Source: Pedobacter sp.
Lineage (GTDB): Bacteria; Desulfobacterota; Desulfuromonadia; Desulfuromonadales; Syntrophotaleaceae
Assembly: GCA_050253415.1 (NCBI GenBank)
Contig: JBFWJC010000001.1
Coordinates: 544,001-608,000 of the forward strand
DNA: 64,000 nucleotides
Reading direction: 5' to 3'
The notes under the pieces were generated by a model that ran no database searches, was not told where the DNA came from, and was given only the letters and a program-made list of their open reading frames with translations. Shown one piece after another: positions 8,373 through 18,112 of the stretch (positions are counted from its first letter, which is position 1; every line of letters begins with the position of its first letter). Made by a program: the position numbers and the translations under genes.

Positions 8373-11300
8373 AAGTAATCCTCCTATATTCGTTCCCTAT
8401 CTCAAGGCTATATGCATCAAGGTTTTTGGGATTACCCAATTGTCTGTGTGCGTCACCGAGAATCGTACCCCCAAATCCTTTTCTCCCTTCGCCAAAGTAC
8501 ATATGGTCATTATTTCCTGTCGACCAATATCCAAATGATAAAAGAGCGCCGAGGTTGCTCGTTGGTTCTTGCAGGCCAACTGAATACGTTGCTTGCAAAG
8601 AGTCAATGTTATTATACAAACCAAAACCTGGACCTTGATCAGCAGCCAATTTTTTTACGCCAATGCCGTAAATCGCAGTATAGTTACTCGCCAGGGAAGC
8701 TCGTGAAACACCACCACTATGCGAATACATTAGCACCGTACTATTTTCAGGAGTGCCACTAACTACATAATCTGCCATCTCCAGTCCTCTGCTTTTATAC
8801 CCGAGAAAGAGCGACATTGCGACACGAGTAGCTGAATCCCCGACATTCGACGCGTAGTTATAATCAGAGCCATTAATATTTAAAGCGCCTTCTGTGTACG
8901 CATCACGTTTAATTGAAATTTTTTCAGAATTTGCATTTATGCCGCCCGTGATCCATCTTGTGACTTCGCCATCCATATTCCCTTTAACGCTTGGCACAAA
9001 GTTCCCAATCAGCGGCACCTCTTGCCCAAGCATAAGCGAAGAAGCCGCCAGATCTGCTTTTCTTGAAAAACTCCATCTCCTCTCAAATCCTTTAGCCGGA
9101 ACTTCGATATGTTTTGCCATATAATCAAGCAAGGTTTCAAAGTCGTGAAAGACAGAAAGACGTTCAACCACCAATAATGGCAATGATGCTACAGAGAGCA
9201 CCATATCCTTGGCCCCACCCGCAGCTGTGATGGCTACATCAACCGTGCCGTCCAGCATTATTTCCCCTTCCTCCAAGGCAATTTCGTACTCCTGGGCGAT
9301 TTCTCCCCGCCCCTCTTCACTGAGCAGCCGATGATCCAGCGTTGCGTCCACGGAAGTGCTGACGCTGCCGCTGTAGAGATTTTTATTCAGGGCCTCGGTA
9401 TCACGGTTGAGACGGTCCAGGTCATCGGAGTACTCCAGATTTCCGATTTGCACATCGCCTTTTCCCAGGGTGGCCAAGACTTTGGAGCTGGAATACCCCA
9501 TGTCGTTACCCAGCGAAAGGGTTGACGAATTTACCTTGGGGGTGGTCTCGTTGGTGTCCGGTTGGGGGTCCTTGGTGGAGCCGAACCCGATGTTGGTGCC
9601 TGCGTTGAAACTATTGCTTGAGCTGTAGCTGGAGTTCGTACTGTTGCCGAAGGTGAGGGTCTCGGTTTTGAAGGCCAAGTTTTCATTATCGATGAAGATT
9701 CCCTCTTCGTTTACTTCTCCGGCCGCGAGCAAGGCTCCTTTCAGGTGGGTGTTGCCGCCGACTTCGACATGGACATTTTCACCGGTCAAGGAAGTCAGGA
9801 CCGTTTGCTTGACCTGGGTTGTGCCGGCGCTGGCGCCGAAGCTGGCGCCGACACTTCCCAACCCGTCACCCACTCTGGCGCCGATGGCTTGGTTCAATTT
9901 ACCCTGGGCCGCTTTATGCTCTTGTTCATTGGCATAATCCCCCCTGTCGGCGGTGTATTCTTGATCATTGCCCAAAGAGAAACTTGCTCCAACATTAAAC
10001 CCTTTCGAGTTCGAGGAAGAGCTGTCCCGCAGGGAGATGATGTCCAGATCGTTTCCTACCTCCAGATTGAGGGTGTCGTCTGCCCGTACCGTAGCTCCTT
10101 CGAACAGGGCATCGTTGGCGACGGTGAGGTTGATATTCTTGGCCAGAAGTTCCGAGTTGGTGTGCGAGGTGCTCTCCTGGCTGGCGTGATTTCCCCCGTA
10201 GCCCATACTGCCGGCCATGCCGCTGCCACCGCCGTACATGGTCATGGAAAGACTGCCGGAAAGGTCTTTGGAGTCCTGTTTGGCCTGGTATGTATCTGTG
10301 GAAGCGCTGACATTTAAATCGTGTGTGGCTATCTCCAGATTGTCTTTAGCGGCAAGGGTCGCGCCGCGGATAGCAACCTGGGTGCTCTCGAGGGGGTTGG
10401 TGGTGATCGTGATGTCCTTGCCGGTGATGATTGCGTTGAGGCTTCGGGTCGTGTCCGCGCGGCTATTTGTTTTAGAGCCGTGGAGATCAAGCGCCAGTCC
10501 CGCTGAAAAGCCCCAGGTGTATGAACTGGAGGCCGCGGTGGCGACTTGCGTCGCGATGGCAACCGTCTTGCTGGCAAGATCCGCTGTTGCCGCCGCGACG
10601 GCAGCGACATAATATTTCTCGTTGTCGCTGACATGGTCGATCAACTCTTCCAGGTCTTCAATGTCCTCGTAGTCAACTCCTGCTTCTTTGTTCCGGTATG
10701 CCTTCTTGGTATCCGAGAGGGCGGATTGGAGGGAGCTCAACTGGTCCTTGAATTGCAAGTAATCGTCTTTTACCTGCAGGAGTTGTTTTGCGGCTTCTGC
10801 GGCGGCTTTCACGGCACTTCCTATTTCCACGTATTCGTTTTGTACGGTGAGGCTTATTTCCGCGCTGGCATGTTTGTCTTTACTGTTCTCCGAGAAGGTG
10901 TCTATGGCTTCCTTGATGGTCACATCGCCGGTTTGGGCCAGGAGCTCGACGCTTTTCCCCGCGGCCACCGTAGAACCTTCAATGAGGATGTTTTGGTGCG
11001 CATTCAGGAGAATATCGCCATCTTCTCCGGTCAGGTTTGAACTTTTGTGCGTGAGTGCCTGGCTGGAGTGGTCCGTATCGTCATAGGTCGCATTTGCGAG
11101 TGCTATTTTCAGTTGGGTCTCGCCCTGTTTTGGAGTAAACGCTTTTGTTGCATCCATAATGTTGGCGAGACTTACTTCCATTTTCCTTGTCGAGCTATGG
11201 GAATCCCTTTTTTCTTCGGCAGAGAGGATGTTTATGTCGCCTGTGCTGGTTGTGGCGCGAAGGGTGTTTTGGGCGGTAAGGTCTGAGCCTATGACCGTAG

Positions 11301-14300
11301 CGTTGGGGGCCTCCAGCACGATGTCGTTGCCACTGTTCAGGGTTGAGGATTTCGCTTTAATATCGGTCGTTTGGTCTTTATGGTACTCCATTTCGTAGAT
11401 GGGGCCTGTGTTGAGCATACCCATTGTTGCCAGCGAGGTGATCAAGTTGCCGAGATTGAAACTGCTTTTTTTGCTCCATTGCTCATCCTGCCGCAATTCT
11501 TGTGCCGCGGCGATAAGGATGTCGTTGGCAGCCTGGAGGTGAAGATCAGACGCGGCATCAACATTGGAGCCGATGATGCGGATGTCGTTGCCGGATTTGA
11601 GGATGATGTTCAGCGCTTCGGTTCTGAGCTCGGCTTCTTTGACATTGAGAGCGTCGGTTCTTTTTAATTGCGCACTTTGGCTTAGCCCACCCCATGAGGA
11701 TTTGGTGGTGGTGTGCAGGGAGCCCTCCCGGTACTGCTTGGCCAGAACGTTGATGTCTTTTTTGGCATCGAGAACAATGTTTTCTCCGGCTATGAGGTTG
11801 GCCGATTCAAGGGTGATGCCTTCGTTTTGGGCTTGGATGAGAATGTTGCGCGCTTGGAGGTTGCTTTGCACTACGCTTTCCTGGTGGCTCATGTCTCTTT
11901 CAATTTCTCCCCCTAAAAAGCCATCATCCAATTCTATCTGGGTGTCCTGGTGGGTAAGGTCGTTTGCAGCCAGGATCGAGATTCCCTGCGTTGCCTGCAA
12001 GGCGATGGTTTCCCCGGCATTGAGAGATGAGGCCGTGATGTCGATTTGGTTGGCTGCAATGGCGATGTTTTTGCCTTCCAGGGAAGAAACCGCGTTAGTC
12101 AGGGACCCGCCTCTGTTGTAGCCATTGGCAAGGTCAAAGTCATACTCCTCATTGAGTTCAAGTGCGTTAATTCGGACATCCCCTTCGTGGGAAGCGAGCA
12201 ACAGGGTTTCACCGGAGTGCGCAGTCGTGTTGGACAGGGTGATGTTGTCGGGCGCTTCCATGGTGAGGTTTCCACCTGCGATGAAGCGGGTTTCGTTTCC
12301 TTTGAGTGTAGATGTTTGGGAGCCCCTGGCATAATTGTAGATTTTTTCTTCGGTTATGGCGCTGCCGGTGATGGTGTTTGCCACGAGACGCATGTCCCCT
12401 CCCGAGGCGATGGTTCCGCTGAGGTTTTGAAGCTCACCGCCGACCAGAAGGTTCATCGCGTTTTCTGAAACAAGAGCGCCGTTTTTGTTGGTGAGTTTAT
12501 CGGCGGTGATGTCCATCCGCGAGCGGGCGACAATGGTCCCCTCATTTAACAGGGTTTCCTCCACGTTGAGGTCGATTGTGTTGGCTGCTATTTGTGGCCC
12601 GTAGGTGGCGATGTTATTTGCTGCCAGGTAAAGTTGCGGCACGAGCACTTTTTCGCCGTCAACGATGCGGTCTTCCAACCAGACAATGTTTTTATCCAAC
12701 TGCGCGACTTGTTCTTTGGTAAGGGTGATGCCAAAAGCAAGTTGCAGCTTTTCTTGAAGTGCCAACGCGTTGTCCATGAGCCCTTTGTACTGTTCCAGGT
12801 CGGATGCGTATCCTTCGAGATAGCGTTTACCGCTTTGTGCGATGACGCTGTTGCGGACAAAGTCGGTTTCATACATCCCATCGCCCAGGCGTTTGATGAT
12901 AGTCTCCGGGCGATGGTTGAGTTTTTCAAGCATGTAATCAGAGCTGATAAAGGTCTTGTAATTGGTGAAAAGCGGATTGGCTTCGATGAGATATGGATGG
13001 TTACTGGCTTTATTGAGTAGAAAAAGACCGAAGTTCCCCTTGGGGAGGGTGAGGTTGTCGATGATGATATCACCATTGGATGTATGTTGAATATCAGGAG
13101 ACTGCAGCAGGGCATGGTGCGTGTCGGTTTGGTACAAACCTTCTGCGCCGGTATTATTGAGGGTGATGACATTACCGGTGATGCTTTGTCTGGCCTGAAT
13201 CCCATGCCCCGGCAGGGGTGTTTTTTGTGTGTCGGTAGAGGTAAAGGTTCCTCTATAGCCTGCCCGATGTTTATGATTTACACATGCGCCAAAGACACGA
13301 CTGGAACAATATCTTTCCTTTCGATATTTTTTGGTTACTGTGGTGATTGTGTCAACCAGGATATTGCCTACATTGTTGGCAATATTGGCGTATAAATCGA
13401 TATCCTCATCGGCTGCAATGAGCGAATAGTGATTGTCGAGTGTGTCCAGGTCTATGCTGATATCGCCAGCAGCTAAAATGAGTGCGGGATCCGATGGAAC
13501 CGCCACGACCTGTTGTTGCGTTGTTGTTGTGACCACATCATAATCATACTTGCCTCCTCGTGAGATTTTCTGTGTTTTGGTGGAAGTCAATTGTTTCATG
13601 GTTGGCGCATCGGCGATGTTGCTGAGTGTTTTGGCTGTGATGCCTATATTGCCCCCGGATTGCATCAGCCCGAGGTTGGTGACATGGTTTATTTTATCGT
13701 TTGCACGATTGGCGGCTATGGTTAAGTCGCAGTCACTGTCGATGACACCCTCCTTTTGGTTGGTCAGGGTGTCTTCCACCAACAGGCTGATGGCGTTGTT
13801 GCTACGGATCACGCCTGTGTTGTCAAGGTTTCGGGCGGAGATTTCAAGATTGTTTATTGAATACAGAGCCCCCGTGTTATCGATATCCGTGGCGAAGATG
13901 GCAAGATCTGCTCCTCCGATGAGCCCTTGGTTGTTGAGTTTTTGGGCAACACTGACGGTGTTGCTGCCCGTTTCTTCCAGTGCCGTGAGTTCGCCTTTGT
14001 TATCAAGGAATTCTGCAAAAACTTGTAGGGAATGCGTGGCAGAGGTAACGGCGATTTCCGCCATGGAAATGTTTTTTTGCGCCGAGATGGTTACGTCGTT
14101 GGCAGTGATGTCGTTGGTGAGTTGAATACCTGCATTATGAGAATAGACCTCCAGATGTGAACCTGCGACGGCTTTTGAGAGGACGATGTCTCCATCGGCT
14201 GTTAATGCAAAGGAATTTTGAGCAAACACTTCAGGTGGCAGGTGAACGCCGATGCCTTTGTCGCTGCTATGAAGGGTGATCGTGTTGGCGTAGATGCCTC

Positions 14301-15024
14301 CAAGTAATGAAGAGTCGATGGCCATACCGGTTCCCGCTCGGTTTTTATCAGAGATGGCACCATCCAGGGCGATGGTGTTTTCTCCAGCAACGACATTGAG
14401 TTTATCCGCGTACAGTTTGGCATTGAGTTGTAAAGCTTTGGCATAGAGATTTACTCTTGCGATGTTGTTGGCATTGAATCCATCCCCCTCGATCACAATA
14501 TCTCCGCTGCTCACATCAAATCCCTGCAACATGGTTCCGTTCATGATGGGTGAGCCTGTGGTGAGAGTGGCGCTTGGGGTGTTGATGAATCCTCCACCGT
14601 TGACGCTGATGCCGTTAGGGTTGGCGATGATAACATCGGCGGGTTTTCCAGCGACTTCGGTGTAGCCTTGCAGGAGTGTTTTGCTCGTGCCTGTAACTTC
14701 GTTCAAGATCAGCCGTGCTTGCTTGACGGAGAGGTTGGGATTGTAGGGAATGTAGCCGGCGAGTTGCGTGTTGGCTATGACATTGGCATTGTTGAGAATC
14801 AGCCCTTGTTTTTGGACATTGTAGGTGTTGAATTTATTGTGAGAGATCCCCTGGGCATTGGGGGTTGTGATATTGACGACAGGTACGCCATTGGGGGCTT
14901 GTCCAAGATAGGCCTGGTTGGCTTTTGATGCAGAGGTATCTACCTGAATTTCAGCTGCTGAGAGGGTTTGACTGAAAATCAAAAGCAAACTCAGGGTAAG
15001 GCAGATGGTTCGATTTCCTTTCAT
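8353..15024 (-). CDS. cdiA: TpsA/CdiA-like filamentous hemagglutinin exoprotein (2223 aa) with C-terminal alpha/beta-hydrolase-like toxin domain
   Basis: Sec signal; TPS domain (NPNL, NPNGI); FHA beta-helix repeats; YLIEANP...SSDYML...KRLGDG and IVWL...VLVPQLYL CdiA motifs; AT-rich tip after LDHRLLSEEGR containing YSHSGG. Confidence 0.88.
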   Translation of the reverse strand: MKGNRTICLTLSLLLIFSQTLSAAEIQVDTSASKANQAYLGQAPNGVPVVNITTPNAQGISHNKFNTYNVQKQGLILNNANVIANTQLAGYIPYNPNLSVKQARLILNEVTGTSKTLLQGYTEVAGKPADVIIANPNGISVNGGGFINTPSATLTTGSPIMNGTMLQGFDVSSGDIVIEGDGFNANNIARVNLYAKALQLNAKLYADKLNVVAGENTIALDGAISDKNRAGTGMAIDSSLLGGIYANTITLHSSDKGIGVHLPPEVFAQNSFALTADGDIVLSKAVAGSHLEVYSHNAGIQLTNDITANDVTISAQKNISMAEIAVTSATHSLQVFAEFLDNKGELTALEETGSNTVSVAQKLNNQGLIGGADLAIFATDIDNTGALYSINNLEISARNLDNTGVIRSNNAISLLVEDTLTNQKEGVIDSDCDLTIAANRANDKINHVTNLGLMQSGGNIGITAKTLSNIADAPTMKQLTSTKTQKISRGGKYDYDVVTTTTQQQVVAVPSDPALILAAGDISIDLDTLDNHYSLIAADEDIDLYANIANNVGNILVDTITTVTKKYRKERYCSSRVFGACVNHKHRAGYRGTFTSTDTQKTPLPGHGIQARQSITGNVITLNNTGAEGLYQTDTHHALLQSPDIQHTSNGDIIIDNLTLPKGNFGLFLLNKASNHPYLIEANPLFTNYKTFISSDYMLEKLNHRPETIIKRLGDGMYETDFVRNSVIAQSGKRYLEGYASDLEQYKGLMDNALALQEKLQLAFGITLTKEQVAQLDKNIVWLEDRIVDGEKVLVPQLYLAANNIATYGPQIAANTIDLNVEETLLNEGTIVARSRMDITADKLTNKNGALVSENAMNLLVGGELQNLSGTIASGGDMRLVANTITGSAITEEKIYNYARGSQTSTLKGNETRFIAGGNLTMEAPDNITLSNTTAHSGETLLLASHEGDVRINALELNEEYDFDLANGYNRGGSLTNAVSSLEGKNIAIAANQIDITASSLNAGETIALQATQGISILAANDLTHQDTQIELDDGFLGGEIERDMSHQESVVQSNLQARNILIQAQNEGITLESANLIAGENIVLDAKKDINVLAKQYREGSLHTTTKSSWGGLSQSAQLKRTDALNVKEAELRTEALNIILKSGNDIRIIGSNVDAASDLHLQAANDILIAAAQELRQDEQWSKKSSFNLGNLITSLATMGMLNTGPIYEMEYHKDQTTDIKAKSSTLNSGNDIVLEAPNATVIGSDLTAQNTLRATTSTGDINILSAEEKRDSHSSTRKMEVSLANIMDATKAFTPKQGETQLKIALANATYDDTDHSSQALTHKSSNLTGEDGDILLNAHQNILIEGSTVAAGKSVELLAQTGDVTIKEAIDTFSENSKDKHASAEISLTVQNEYVEIGSAVKAAAEAAKQLLQVKDDYLQFKDQLSSLQSALSDTKKAYRNKEAGVDYEDIEDLEELIDHVSDNEKYYVAAVAAATADLASKTVAIATQVATAASSSYTWGFSAGLALDLHGSKTNSRADTTRSLNAIITGKDITITTNPLESTQVAIRGATLAAKDNLEIATHDLNVSASTDTYQAKQDSKDLSGSLSMTMYGGGSGMAGSMGYGGNHASQESTSHTNSELLAKNINLTVANDALFEGATVRADDTLNLEVGNDLDIISLRDSSSSNSKGFNVGASFSLGNDQEYTADRGDYANEQEHKAAQGKLNQAIGARVGDGLGSVGASFGASAGTTQVKQTVLTSLTGENVHVEVGGNTHLKGALLAAGEVNEEGIFIDNENLAFKTETLTFGNSTNSSYSSSNSFNAGTNIGFGSTKDPQPDTNETTPKVNSSTLSLGNDMGYSSSKVLATLGKGDVQIGNLEYSDDLDRLNRDTEALNKNLYSGSVSTSVDATLDHRLLSEEGRGEIAQEYEIALEEGEIMLDGTVDVAITAAGGAKDMVLSVASLPLLVVERLSVFHDFETLLDYMAKHIEVPAKGFERRWSFSRKADLAASSLMLGQEVPLIGNFVPSVKGNMDGEVTRWITGGINANSEKISIKRDAYTEGALNINGSDYNYASNVGDSATRVAMSLFLGYKSRGLEMADYVVSGTPENSTVLMYSHSGGVSRASLASNYTAIYGIGVKKLAADQGPGFGLYNNIDSLQATYSVGLQEPTSNLGALLSFGYWSTGNNDHMYFGEGRKGFGGTILGDAHRQLGNPKNLDAYSLEIGNEYRRITYDFLEK

Positions 15025-15093
15025 ACTATTTCCTTTATGAAAGAAGCTTTGTTTAGGTTGATAACAGCAGAGGCGGCGGAGAGATGCCGCATG

Positions 15094-16725
15094 TTAAAAC
15101 CGGTAATTTACCCAAAACCCAAGGAAGTTTTGAGTGGCACTGACGTCCTTTTTGTACAGCGGCATTGCATAGTAGATAGCAAGGTCAACAGCATCCGCTG
15201 TAAGCTTGATCCCGATGGTATCGCTTAAAAGGGTTCCACCCTTTGAATCTTCTTCTTTTTTGATCCTTCCTCCATCCAAGGCAACAAAACAGGTCGGGAA
15301 AAAAACGCCTGCAAACCTGTGACTGGATGTGTAGGAAGCCTCGTTTCGGACATAGAAGCCACTGTTTCCGTTCAATCCTTCCTTCGCATAGCCCCTTACG
15401 CTGTATGGACCGCCGATGCTGATTTGATTGGTGCTGAAGAGACGATCCTCGGAGTGCTGATAATGTGCGTCGAGGGTGTATTGAAAGGCTGCGATTCGTT
15501 TTGCGAGGGAGAGGTCAACCGTACAAAGTGAATATTTTTCATCGAGGTTTGTTGGATTGTGTGCGTTAAACCAATCAACTCCCTGGGTGTATTGCAGTTC
15601 AAGAAATGCGTAAAACCCAACCGTTTGATAGAGATAATCCAGCCTAGCCCCAGTTTTTGAAAGGGTATAGCTGGACGTTTCTATGAGGGTGTCACTTATG
15701 AAATTGCTGCTTTTGTACCGAGAGACGAAGGAGCCAAGGTTTATTCGATTGTGTTGATCATGGTAGAGTTTATAGGCCAGATCCAGAGTGAATGTGTAGG
15801 TGCTTCCGTGGGATTTATAGATTGAAATGCCTGCAGGAATGTCTTGTTCGTACTTTGTTTTGTTGTAACTTAGCGTGGTTAATAATCGTCTGATGGGGAA
15901 GGAGTACGCGTAGGAATCGCCTGTAGAATTTTCACCATCGAAGTGTTTGTTGGTACTATTGAGATGAATGGATAGCTGATCGTTAATTTTCAGGGGATTA
16001 TCCAGAAACAGTCTAAGCGTTCCTTGAAATTTTCCTGTGTTATGTGTACCGAAATTATTTAGTCCCAAGATGCCGTGAATTCGGCGTGATGGTTGATTTT
16101 GGATAGTGACGTGTGTTTGTCCCACCTCGGATCCTGGCGCAAGTTCCATCGTTGCATGATTGCTTGGCAGTCGGTTGATTGTTTCGATGGATCTTTCAAG
16201 GTCTCGGAGATTTAAATGGCGGTTATTTTGTCCCCAAAAAGCGCTGTTTATGTAGAGTTTGTCAGGAGTGATGCTTTCGATATTGCCCTCAACGGCATGA
16301 AGTGTAACCTCTCCGTGGACGATGTTTTGCGGTTTGAGATACACTTGTGAGGTAATGTACCCTTTTTCGATGTAGAGTGCGGTAAATTGGCGTGCCAAGT
16401 TAGACAAATCTGTGAGTGTATTGCAACGCCCGATGTAGGCATCAAATAGGGCTTTTTTTTCTTTCTGAGAGAGAAGAGTAATGGTGGTTTCATGGATGGA
16501 CTTTATTTCAAAGCACTGTTCGTCTTGGCTGGGCAGTAAAACAGGTTTGTCAACATCCACATAGGGAATGGTTTCATGGCGATGTTGTTCCAGTCGCTCA
16601 AACACCTCTTTTTGTCTTTTAAGCTGCTCGGTTTTTTGAATGACGTCTAGTGCCTCGTCCGAAAATACCGGGCCAGGCACGAGCAAAAGCAAAAAAAGGG
16701 ATAAGGCACTTAGCCTTGTATACAT
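15094..16725 (-). CDS. cdiB: ShlB/FhaC/HecB-family TpsB transporter
   Basis: POTRA motif YIEKGYITS, LNLRDLER, IGGPYSVRGY, terminal YRF. Confidence 0.95.
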   Translation of the reverse strand: MYTRLSALSLFLLLLVPGPVFSDEALDVIQKTEQLKRQKEVFERLEQHRHETIPYVDVDKPVLLPSQDEQCFEIKSIHETTITLLSQKEKKALFDAYIGRCNTLTDLSNLARQFTALYIEKGYITSQVYLKPQNIVHGEVTLHAVEGNIESITPDKLYINSAFWGQNNRHLNLRDLERSIETINRLPSNHATMELAPGSEVGQTHVTIQNQPSRRIHGILGLNNFGTHNTGKFQGTLRLFLDNPLKINDQLSIHLNSTNKHFDGENSTGDSYAYSFPIRRLLTTLSYNKTKYEQDIPAGISIYKSHGSTYTFTLDLAYKLYHDQHNRINLGSFVSRYKSSNFISDTLIETSSYTLSKTGARLDYLYQTVGFYAFLELQYTQGVDWFNAHNPTNLDEKYSLCTVDLSLAKRIAAFQYTLDAHYQHSEDRLFSTNQISIGGPYSVRGYAKEGLNGNSGFYVRNEASYTSSHRFAGVFFPTCFVALDGGRIKKEEDSKGGTLLSDTIGIKLTADAVDLAIYYAMPLYKKDVSATQNFLGFWVNYRF

Positions 16726-16981
16726 GGATTTCCTCTTGATTTCAGTATCCCAAGCTGTTGAGTCCGGCCACCGTTCTAATTTCCCAAATTAGGATCCAAG
16801 TAAGCGTCTCGCTACATTATGCGTTTTTAATTTATCAACATCGCAAACACGTCACATTTTGTCAATGTTTTTTAATTTAAGAACATCAATCATATGCTCT
16901 GTAAACGGATATTGGATTCCAAGGGTTTAAGTTTTCCCTTTGCTCTAGCCATCCTCCCACCATTCTGCAATAATCCCCGCC

Positions 16982-17926
16982 ATGCAAATCATTCACGAAG
17001 AAATCATGCGGCACCTGCCGAGAAACGGCGAAACGCGGCGTCTGTTTCACGGACGCGGCCAATGTTTTGCCGGGTATGAAGACCTGGTGATCGACTATTT
17101 CCCGCCGGTGGTCATGGTGATCCTTTATCGTCAACGGCCGCAGGCCTGGTTGGACGAACTGACCCGGTTGCTGGTTAGCGTTTTGCCGGACCAGCCCAGT
17201 GCGATCGTTCTGCAGGAGCGTTTTTTGCCCAACGGTCCGAGCCGCTTGCTGCAAGGGGCTTTGCCTGAAAACCTGGAGGCCAGAGAGGCGGGATTGTCGT
17301 TCCGGTTGCGCCTCGGTGAAGCGCAGAATGTCGGGTTTTTCCCGGACATGGCGGTGGGGCGCAAGTTGGTGCGCGAACGGGCGGCGGGCAAGCGCGTGCT
17401 GAATCTGTTTGCCTACAGTTGCAGCTTTTCCGTTGCAGCGCTGGCCGGCGGGGCGACCCAGGTGGTTAATCTCGACATGAATCGCGGCGCGCTGGAACTC
17501 GGCAGACTCAATCATCAAATCAACGGCATCGACCTGCGCCGGGCCAGTTTCCTGTCGGTGGAGTTTTTCCGCAGCCTCGGTAAAGTGCGGAAACTGGGTC
17601 CGTTTGATCTGGTGATCTGCGACCCGCCCGCATCGCAGGGCAAAAGTTTTACCGCAGAGCGACACTGGCCCAAGCTGGTACGCAGCCTGCCGGATCTGCT
17701 CGCCCCCGGCGGGGAGATCGTGGCCTGCCTCAATGCGCCCAATCTGGGGCCGGACTACCTTGATCGGTTGCTGACGGAGACTTTTCCATTGGCGGAAAAT
17801 CTCGGTTTGTATCGCCCCGGCGAAGATTTCCCCGAAGCCCATCCCGACTGCAGCGTTTCCTTGCACCATTACCGCTTACCCGAGGTTTCCAACGGGCAGG
17901 CTGCGCATCGCAAGACGGGACCTTGA
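16982..17926 (+). CDS. Class I SAM-dependent methyltransferase (RlmI/RlmK-like)
   Basis: QNVGFFPDM, RVLNLFAYSCSFS, DLVICDPP motifs. Confidence 0.9.
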   Translation: MQIIHEEIMRHLPRNGETRRLFHGRGQCFAGYEDLVIDYFPPVVMVILYRQRPQAWLDELTRLLVSVLPDQPSAIVLQERFLPNGPSRLLQGALPENLEAREAGLSFRLRLGEAQNVGFFPDMAVGRKLVRERAAGKRVLNLFAYSCSFSVAALAGGATQVVNLDMNRGALELGRLNHQINGIDLRRASFLSVEFFRSLGKVRKLGPFDLVICDPPASQGKSFTAERHWPKLVRSLPDLLAPGGEIVACLNAPNLGPDYLDRLLTETFPLAENLGLYRPGEDFPEAHPDCSVSLHHYRLPEVSNGQAAHRKTGP

Positions 17927-18016
17927 TTTAGTCCCGGGTCACTTGTTTGGTGGCAGGCTACTTCGCTTAGATGAACGTCTCCGACATGCTGAGATCGTTC
18001 GACTCAACCCCGACAG

Positions 18017-18043
18017 AAAAAGGTCCCCCGAAGAGGACCTTTG
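18017..18043. terminator. Intrinsic terminator-like hairpin between convergent genes
   Basis: AAAAAGGTCC-CCCGAAGA-GGACCTTT. Confidence 0.55.
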
Positions 18044-18112
18044 TCGTGACGCAGCATAATGAAAATGAGGCGACAACTAGCTTGTCGCCGCCCCATGCGA
18101 TATTGAGAATTT

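Noticed and set aside
9331..14928. Many plus-strand ORFs over cdiA
   Set aside because: Antisense shadows of the long minus-strand gene
16886..17869. 327-aa minus-strand ORF
   Set aside because: Antisense to the well-supported methyltransferase; no motifs
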